NCBI GenBank assembly: GCA_001567115.1
Contig: LMZT01000169.1
Span: 46-64,045, forward strand
DNA length: 64,000 nucleotides
From: Candidatus Hinthialibacteria bacterium OLB16
Lineage (GTDB): Bacteria; Hinthialibacterota; Hinthialibacteria; OLB16
Direction of reading: 5' to 3'
Shown here: positions 58,208-64,000 of the stretch, in pieces
How positions within the stretch are numbered: position 1 is the stretch's first letter
Layout: each line of letters starts with the position of its first letter
Made by a program: the position numbers and the translations under genes
Notes under the pieces: generated by a model
What the model was told of the DNA's origin: nothing
Database searches by the model: none
The model's input: only the letters and a program-made list of their open reading frames with translations

Positions 58208-59161
58208 TTGTCTACACTTATCATAGATGTCGACACTGCATTGGGAATTGAGGGAGGAGATATCGATGACGCCCTGATGATCGCTTATCTGGCGGGTCAA
58301 TCGAATTGGGCTGGTCTGGCTGGAATTTCTGTTGTTGCAGGAAATGTATCGCTCAGTTCAGGCGTCAAATCGACACTTTATATTTGCGATCTCCTCGGCC
58401 TCGATGTCCCTGTTTTCCCCGGAGCAGCGGCTCCAGCAGATCGGCCGTTGAAGACTGGACACTCCCTCGTCATGGGTAATGCAAACAGTGACGAGAAATG
58501 GATTTTCAGCCACAACCCGGTTCGAGAACCTGAGATAATGAGCTTTTGCGAATGGGTTGGCCACCGGGATCCATCCTTCCGTTTCACCCTCCTTGCTACC
58601 GGCCCCATGACGAATGTCGCAGATCTCCTGCTGAAAAATCCTTCATGTAAATACCAGATTGAACAGATTGTTTCGATGGGAGGGTGGTTTTTTGGTGAGG
58701 AGCGCCATCCAGAGTTCAATATGATGGTCGATCCCCCCGCTGTCTCCACTGTGTTTCAGAGTGGCATTCCCCTGACCATAGTCCCCCTGGAAATGACTCT
58801 TAAGACATGCCTGATGCCCGATGATATCGTTCAATGGCTGAACTATGGGGAGGTTGGACAGGCTTTCCATGATGGAACTCTGTCATGGATGAGTCAGATG
58901 AAATCCATTCGCGGCCAGGAGGGCTGCCACCTGCATGACCCCCTGGCAGCGGTCGCCCTGCTGCATCCAGAGATCATAGAAACTGTTGGCATCATCCCTT
59001 CGATTGATCTGGAGACCGGGAAAACGGATGTTCTATCGGAAGATCCCCACAGTGTAGTAAGAGTGGTCCGGAGTTTTGACAACGCTAAATTCCAGGAACT
59101 TCTGCTGAAGGGAATTGGTGTTGCGTTCGAGACAGCTTCCAGGCCAGCTCTCCTGGAGTGA
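58208..59161 (+). CDS. Nucleoside hydrolase (IU-NH family)
   Basis: N-terminal IIDVDTALGIEGGDIDDALMIAY (the DxDxxxDD Ca-binding motif); TGPMTNVA. Confidence 0.8.
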   Translation: MSTLIIDVDTALGIEGGDIDDALMIAYLAGQSNWAGLAGISVVAGNVSLSSGVKSTLYICDLLGLDVPVFPGAAAPADRPLKTGHSLVMGNANSDEKWIFSHNPVREPEIMSFCEWVGHRDPSFRFTLLATGPMTNVADLLLKNPSCKYQIEQIVSMGGWFFGEERHPEFNMMVDPPAVSTVFQSGIPLTIVPLEMTLKTCLMPDDIVQWLNYGEVGQAFHDGTLSWMSQMKSIRGQEGCHLHDPLAAVALLHPEIIETVGIIPSIDLETGKTDVLSEDPHSVVRVVRSFDNAKFQELLLKGIGVAFETASRPALLE

Positions 59162-59473
59162 TGACTGGCATTCTACGCCATGGTGCTTCGGGGATCTGCC
59201 GGCCTGGTCGCCTGAGGGCCATGTAAAGACAGCGCCCAACCCAAATATCCCGGAGTTGTGTGGCTTCACACGGCTCCCTGCTATCTGAACCCCCATTTCC
59301 TGAATCTTTCACAGATGCCTGTGGTCCTACCTGAAAAGGTGTCACACCCCCCACTCAGGCTTGTAAAGATTCGTTGAACTGTCCAGACGAGCCGATAATA
59401 AGGTCGATCATTGTTTGTTTGTGCTGGCAGTTTTCAACCAGATGAAGAGCATCTTAACACACGGAGGGCATAA

Positions 59474-61714
59474 ATGATGGGACAATTCTCAGATCAAAGC
59501 ATGGAGATCCAGGATTCCACAGCTTGTTTTCAAAGAATTTATGCTCATTCATTGCCAGGTCAGCCTGTTGAGGCCTGGCAGCCCCTTCTGGATCATCTCA
59601 GACAGGTTGCAACGCTTGCAGCTGAGTTCTGCGGAGACTTTGGGTCGTCGGACTGGGGATGGAATGCAGGAATGCTCCATGATGTTGGGAAAGCCTCCAG
59701 GGTATTCCAAGGTTATTTACGGCGGGAAAACCAATTGGATGATGAAGAGTATGATGAAGTCGGAGGGCGGATTAATCACTCCAGCGCAGGGGCGGCATTG
59801 GCCGAAGAAATCCACAACAAGAGGAACCACCCTCTCGGAAGAATATTAGCATATCTTGTCGCAGGGCATCATGCGGGCCTCCCTGATTATTCCACATGCG
59901 ACTCATACAGAGGGGCACTTACCTTCCGTCTAAAGGAAGGTGAAGACCACCTCAAGTCCATTCGAACTGAATCGCAAATTATCCAGGCTGGGCAAAGGTC
60001 TCTTGCTTCGTTACCCCGATTTGTAAAGGCCGATAATTTTCATTTCTGGATGCGTATGCTTTTCTCTGCTCTGGTGGATGCAGATTTCCTCGACACAGAA
60101 GCGTTCATGGATCCACGGAAAAGCCGGCTACGTGAGGATGGCATATCATTGTCGGCGCTCAAAAAAGCTCTTGACCTTCATCTCACGCAAATGGCCCAAC
60201 AATGCGCGGCTACACCTGTTAATGAGGTTCGCCGTGTAATATTGGAAGCCTGCCGCTCCGCTGCGCTTCTTGAACCAGGCCTGTTCTCTTTATCGGTGCC
60301 CACCGGGGGAGGAAAAACACTTTCAGGGATGGCCTTTGCACTAGACCATGCTCTCAATCATGGGAAGAAGCGAATTATCTATGTCATCCCTTATACAAGC
60401 ATCATCGAACAGACTGCCAGAATTCTGGGTGACATATTTGGATCAGAAAATGTAGTCGAGCATCACAGCAATCTGGACACAGAACGTGAAACTCCCCGTA
60501 CACGAATGGCATCTGAGAACTGGGATGCTCCGATAATAGTTACAACCAATGTTCAATTTTTTGAATCCCTTTATGGGGCGCGGGCAGGCCGATGCAGAAA
60601 ACTTCACAATATTGTGAATAGTGTAGTCATTCTGGATGAGGCTCAGCTTGTTCCCCCGAACCTTCTCCAGCCGTGCACTGCCGCCATTAAAGACCTGACT
60701 CATAATTATGGTGTGACATTGCTTCTTTCCACGGCTACTCAGCCTGCATTACCTGGCCTTGAACCACGTGAAATCATTCCAGCGGATCTGGATCTCTATC
60801 TGCGCTTGAATCGCACTGAAATCCTCCTGCCAGAGAATCTGAATGATAAAATGTCGTGGGAAGATCTCGCTGATCGTATTAAAGAGTATGACCAGGTCCT
60901 CTGTATCGTCAACACAAGGCGTGACTGTCATGATCTGTTTTGTCTGATGCCTGAAGGGACTGTTCATCTTTCAGCCCTGATGTGTGGCGAGCATCGGTCC
61001 GTGGTTATCCAAAGAATCAAAGATTGCCTCCAATCTGGTCAGCCGATCCGGGTTATAAGCACTCAGCTGGTCGAAGCCGGAGTTGATATTGATTTCCCTG
61101 TTGTTTATCGAGCTCTCTCAGGTCTGGATTCAATCTTTCAGGCAGCTGGCCGTTGCAATCGGGAAGGTCGCCTGCGGAAGGGGCTTGTCACGGTTTTTAT
61201 TCCACCCAAGGGACCACCCATCGGGCTTCAACGCAAAGGTGTAGATACCACAAAAGAATTAGCTTCTCTCCGTGACTTTGACCTGGATGATCCAAAAATC
61301 TTCAGACGGTATTTCTCTCTCTTTTACTCCAAGGTGACTGAAACTGGAGAGAAATTGCTGAAAGAGCTGAAGCCCTCTGACTCCTGCACTCTGGATATGT
61401 CGTTTCGGTCAGTCGCAAATGAATTTCATCTGATTGATGAGCAGGGGCAAAGGCCGGTCATTGTCCGGTATGGAAGGGGAAACCAGCTGGTTGGCGAACT
61501 TGCCAAAACAGGCCCCAATCGTGACCTGTTGAGGAGACTACAACGCTTTATAGTTAATTTGCCGACGCGAATTGCCGATAGAATGGTGAATGATGGGCTT
61601 CTTGAGGAGGTCTGGCCAGGCTTTCTGGCTCAATGTTCCCCCTCTATCTATGTTGATTCGACAGGGCTTGATGTCTTCAGAGAGACACTTCCCGTTGAGG
61701 ATATATTGCTGTGA
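59474..61714 (+). CDS. cas3: CRISPR-associated helicase/nuclease Cas3 (HD domain plus SF2 helicase)
   Basis: HD motifs (HSLPG, LHDVGK, VAGHHAGLP); helicase motif I VPTGGGKT, motif II ILDEAQ, motif VI QAAGRCNREG. Confidence 0.85.
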   Translation: MMGQFSDQSMEIQDSTACFQRIYAHSLPGQPVEAWQPLLDHLRQVATLAAEFCGDFGSSDWGWNAGMLHDVGKASRVFQGYLRRENQLDDEEYDEVGGRINHSSAGAALAEEIHNKRNHPLGRILAYLVAGHHAGLPDYSTCDSYRGALTFRLKEGEDHLKSIRTESQIIQAGQRSLASLPRFVKADNFHFWMRMLFSALVDADFLDTEAFMDPRKSRLREDGISLSALKKALDLHLTQMAQQCAATPVNEVRRVILEACRSAALLEPGLFSLSVPTGGGKTLSGMAFALDHALNHGKKRIIYVIPYTSIIEQTARILGDIFGSENVVEHHSNLDTERETPRTRMASENWDAPIIVTTNVQFFESLYGARAGRCRKLHNIVNSVVILDEAQLVPPNLLQPCTAAIKDLTHNYGVTLLLSTATQPALPGLEPREIIPADLDLYLRLNRTEILLPENLNDKMSWEDLADRIKEYDQVLCIVNTRRDCHDLFCLMPEGTVHLSALMCGEHRSVVIQRIKDCLQSGQPIRVISTQLVEAGVDIDFPVVYRALSGLDSIFQAAGRCNREGRLRKGLVTVFIPPKGPPIGLQRKGVDTTKELASLRDFDLDDPKIFRRYFSLFYSKVTETGEKLLKELKPSDSCTLDMSFRSVANEFHLIDEQGQRPVIVRYGRGNQLVGELAKTGPNRDLLRRLQRFIVNLPTRIADRMVNDGLLEEVWPGFLAQCSPSIYVDSTGLDVFRETLPVEDILL

Positions 61715-61763
61715 ACCGACAGGTTTGCCTGGCATGCCTGTTTAATTGAGAAAGGAGGTTTTT

Positions 61764-62477
61764 ATGAAGGGCTTCAGCCTCGAAGTAAGTGGAGAATTTG
61801 CTTGCTTTACCCGTCCTGAAATGAAGGTCGAGCGTGTCAGCTATGATGTCATCACACCATCCGCTGCGCGTGCGATTTTCGAGGCGATCTTGTGGAAGCC
61901 AGCAATCCGATGGCGTGTGACGAGGATTGAAGTGCTGGCTCCCATCCGCTGGACGTCTATCAGAAGGAACGAAGTGGAGAAGACAGCTTCGCCACGATCA
62001 GAAGGATTCTTTGTGGAAAATGCTCGACAACAGCGGGCAGGTCTAGTTTTAAGGGATGTCAGGTACAGGCTTTTTGCGGAGTTTGACTTTATTCCGCCTG
62101 ATCAGCGATCCAGGAGCCAGAATCCTGTACCGGAATGGCTGGTCGACAGTGAGGAAGCCAATGAGCTCCAGCGATCCGATAATCGGGCAGATGAAACCGA
62201 AGCAAAATATGCCGCCATGTTCGAGCGTCGAGCAAGAAAAGGTCAATGTTTTACCCAGCCATATCTCGGCTGCAGGGAATTCTCATGTGGTTTTAACCTT
62301 GCCGGCAAAGATGTTTCGGGGGTTTCCCCGATAGAAGAAACCCGTGATTTAGGGTGGATGATCTACGATCTCGATTTTTCCGATCCGGATGACCCCAAGC
62401 CGATGCTGTACCGGCCCATCATGGATCAGGGATGTATTTCAGTCCCACATCCGGACAGCACGGAGGTTCACCGATGA
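61764..62477 (+). CDS. cas5: CRISPR-associated protein Cas5, subtype I-C (Cas5d)
   Basis: MKGFSLEVSGEFACFTRPEMKVERVSYDVITPSAARAIFEAILWKP is the hallmark Cas5d N-terminus. Confidence 0.8.
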   Translation: MKGFSLEVSGEFACFTRPEMKVERVSYDVITPSAARAIFEAILWKPAIRWRVTRIEVLAPIRWTSIRRNEVEKTASPRSEGFFVENARQQRAGLVLRDVRYRLFAEFDFIPPDQRSRSQNPVPEWLVDSEEANELQRSDNRADETEAKYAAMFERRARKGQCFTQPYLGCREFSCGFNLAGKDVSGVSPIEETRDLGWMIYDLDFSDPDDPKPMLYRPIMDQGCISVPHPDSTEVHR

Positions 62478-64000
62478 TACTTCAGGCACTTGCGGAATAT
62501 TTTGATCGAAAAGCAGCTGACCCAGACTCTGACATTGCTCCTTCCGGGTTTGAATGGAAGGAAATTCCTTATGTGATCATCCTTAAACATGAGGGTAATC
62601 CGATCAATATTTCATCTACCTATGAGATAGAAGGTAAGAAGAAAAAAGCAAAAACGTTTTTTTGGTTCCTATTTCGGTAAAAAGAGGAAATAATATTGCT
62701 GCTAACCTCCTTTGGGATAAACCAGAATACGCTATCGGAATCCCTCAGGAAGGAATGTCGAATCGAGCAAATGACCAACACGCTTCCTTCATCAAGCGAA
62801 TTAATGATTTGGGTGATGTCCAGGATGATGGCCTGGAATCAGTCAAAAAGTTCCTTCGGATCCAGGATAAAGTGAAGGTTCTCTCTGTTTATGAGGCTTG
62901 GGAAAATCTCTGTAAGGAATGGGGAAATATTTCGTTCAGCCTTGTGGGCGAAGAAACATTGGTTCTGGACCGGCCCTTAGTAAAAGAGGCTATAAAAAAA
63001 CAAACCCAACAAGAGAATATCCAGGAAACAAGCATCTGTCTTATTTCTGGAGACAGGCAACCAATTGAGAGACTTCATAACCAGATTAAGAATGTAAAAG
63101 GTGCACAGAAATCTGGAGCTAATATCGTATCCTTTAACCTAGCTCCTTTTTGCTCATATCGGAAAAAACAAGGAGCAAATGCCCCCATCGGGAAAGACTC
63201 CGCTTTTGCCTATACCACCGCCTTGAACTACCTGCTAAATGATAATTCCACACAACGTTTACAGGTGGGTGATGCTTCTACAATATTTTGGGCTGAAAGG
63301 AAAAGTGACTTTGAAACAGCAATGACCGATATATTCGGTAATCCTCCGGAAGATCATCCGGATCGTTGCGTCAATGCTGTCAAAAGCCTTTTCAAATCTG
63401 TCGAGTCTGGGTGTCTGGCAATTGAATCGGAAAAGACACGGTTTTATGTGCTTGGACTTTCACCAAACGCATCCCGGATCTCTATCCGGTTCTGGATTGT
63501 GGATACAGTGGCTGGGATGGCTGGAAAAATTGTCCAGCACTTTAAAGACCTGGAAATTATCCATGGACCCAAGGATAAAGACACGCTCTCACTTTTCCGT
63601 CTTTTAGTATCCACTGCTGTTTTAGGAAAATCCGAAAATATTGCCCCTAACCTGGCGGGAGATACCATGCGCTCCATCCTGGAGGGGCTGCCTTATCCCC
63701 GAACATTGCTCGATGCGACAGTCCGCCGGATCCGGGCCGAGCATGAAATCACTTATGCCCGTGCATCACTTATCAAAGCCTGTATTAATCGTTCGACACG
63801 TTTCAATAACCCTGAAAACAAGGAGGAAATAAAAGTGAGTCTGGACAAAAGCAACACGAACATCGGCTACCGGCTCGGAAGGCTCTTTGCCGCATTGGAG
63901 AAGATTCAGTCCGAAGCCAATCCAGGAATCAACGCGACGATTCGAGATCGTTTTTATGGAGCGGCTTCTGGAACCCCTGTTACTGTCTTCAGCAATCTGA
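62474..64000 (+). pseudogene. cas8c: CRISPR-associated protein Cas8c/Csd1 (type I-C), with a frameshift in a T7 run at 62657-62663; runs off the window end
   Basis: MILQALAEYFDRKAADPDSDIAPSGFEWKEIPYVIILKHEG (Csd1 N-terminus) in frame 2 stops at 62680. Frame 1 continues from the T-run as LVPISVKRGNNIAANLLWDKPEYAIGIP ... RFYVLGLSPNASRISIRFW ... IGYRLGRLFAALEKIQ ... RDRFYGAASGTPVTVF without a stop, to position 64000. Confidence 0.75.

Noticed and set aside
59162-64000. CRISPR repeat-spacer array
   Set aside because: No periodic 28-37 bp direct repeats are visible anywhere in the window, including the cas3 leader region 59162-59473. The array, if present, lies beyond 64000

Overview
This is a 64 kb bacterial chromosomal window at roughly 55-58% GC. 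Prepilin-type N-terminal-domain paralogs, ECF sigma/anti-sigma pairs, secreted LamG proteins and many glycoside hydrolases suggest a Verrucomicrobia/Lentisphaerae-like (PVC) organism.

Contents in order:
- 207-282: a standalone tRNA-Ala(TGC).
- 0.4-5 kb: a sugar-phosphate isomerase, a probable lipoprotein, a hypothetical protein, an inositol-monophosphatase-family protein, a class I glutamine amidotransferase and an RbsD/FucU mutarotase.
- 5-10 kb: panC, a GH95 alpha-L-fucosidase-like gene broken by a C-run frameshift, then purQ, ybaB and recR.
- 10.2-13 kb: a convergent anti-sigma-vWA(YfbK-like) protein paired with an ECF sigma factor.
- 13.3-18.3 kb: an L-arabinose-type catabolic cluster with a FucI-family isomerase, a Zn-dependent alcohol dehydrogenase, araB and araD.
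- 18.3-21 kb: an FkbM methyltransferase, an HMGL-like aldolase and a secreted esterase.
- 21-27.2 kb: a frameshifted alkaline-phosphatase-superfamily phosphodiesterase, glnD and dprA.
- 27.3-34 kb: a prepilin-type protein, a Cys-rich secreted protein, a C-N hydrolase and a MacB/FtsX-type ABC exporter.
- 34.1-35.2 kb: a URO-D family protein.
- 35.4-45.5 kb (the most interesting region): a tightly coupled 7-8 gene operon. It combines periplasmic PQQ-like/NHL beta-propellers with a Tat-exported NapG/MauM-like ferredoxin and a NapH/MauN-like membrane FeS protein. It also carries a cytoplasmic NuoE-Trx-NuoF plus NuoG-Nterm/GltD (Stn/Bfu-like) NAD(P)H module. This looks like an undescribed trans-membrane electron-transfer system.
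- 45.6-47.1 kb (minus strand): a PAS-sigma54 enhancer-binding protein with two frameshifts.
- 47.3-49.6 kb: a good sigma54 promoter motif drives a prepilin-like gene and a tandem-LamG secreted protein.
- 49.8-59.2 kb: ribokinase, a large frameshifted GH42-like protein, a TPR-SBP-fused ABC sugar transporter and a nucleoside hydrolase.
- 59.5-64 kb: the start of a type I-C CRISPR-Cas operon (cas3, cas5c, cas8c). No array lies in the window.

At least nine single-base indels in homopolymer runs interrupt otherwise clean genes. This points to error-prone sequencing or assembly rather than real gene decay.
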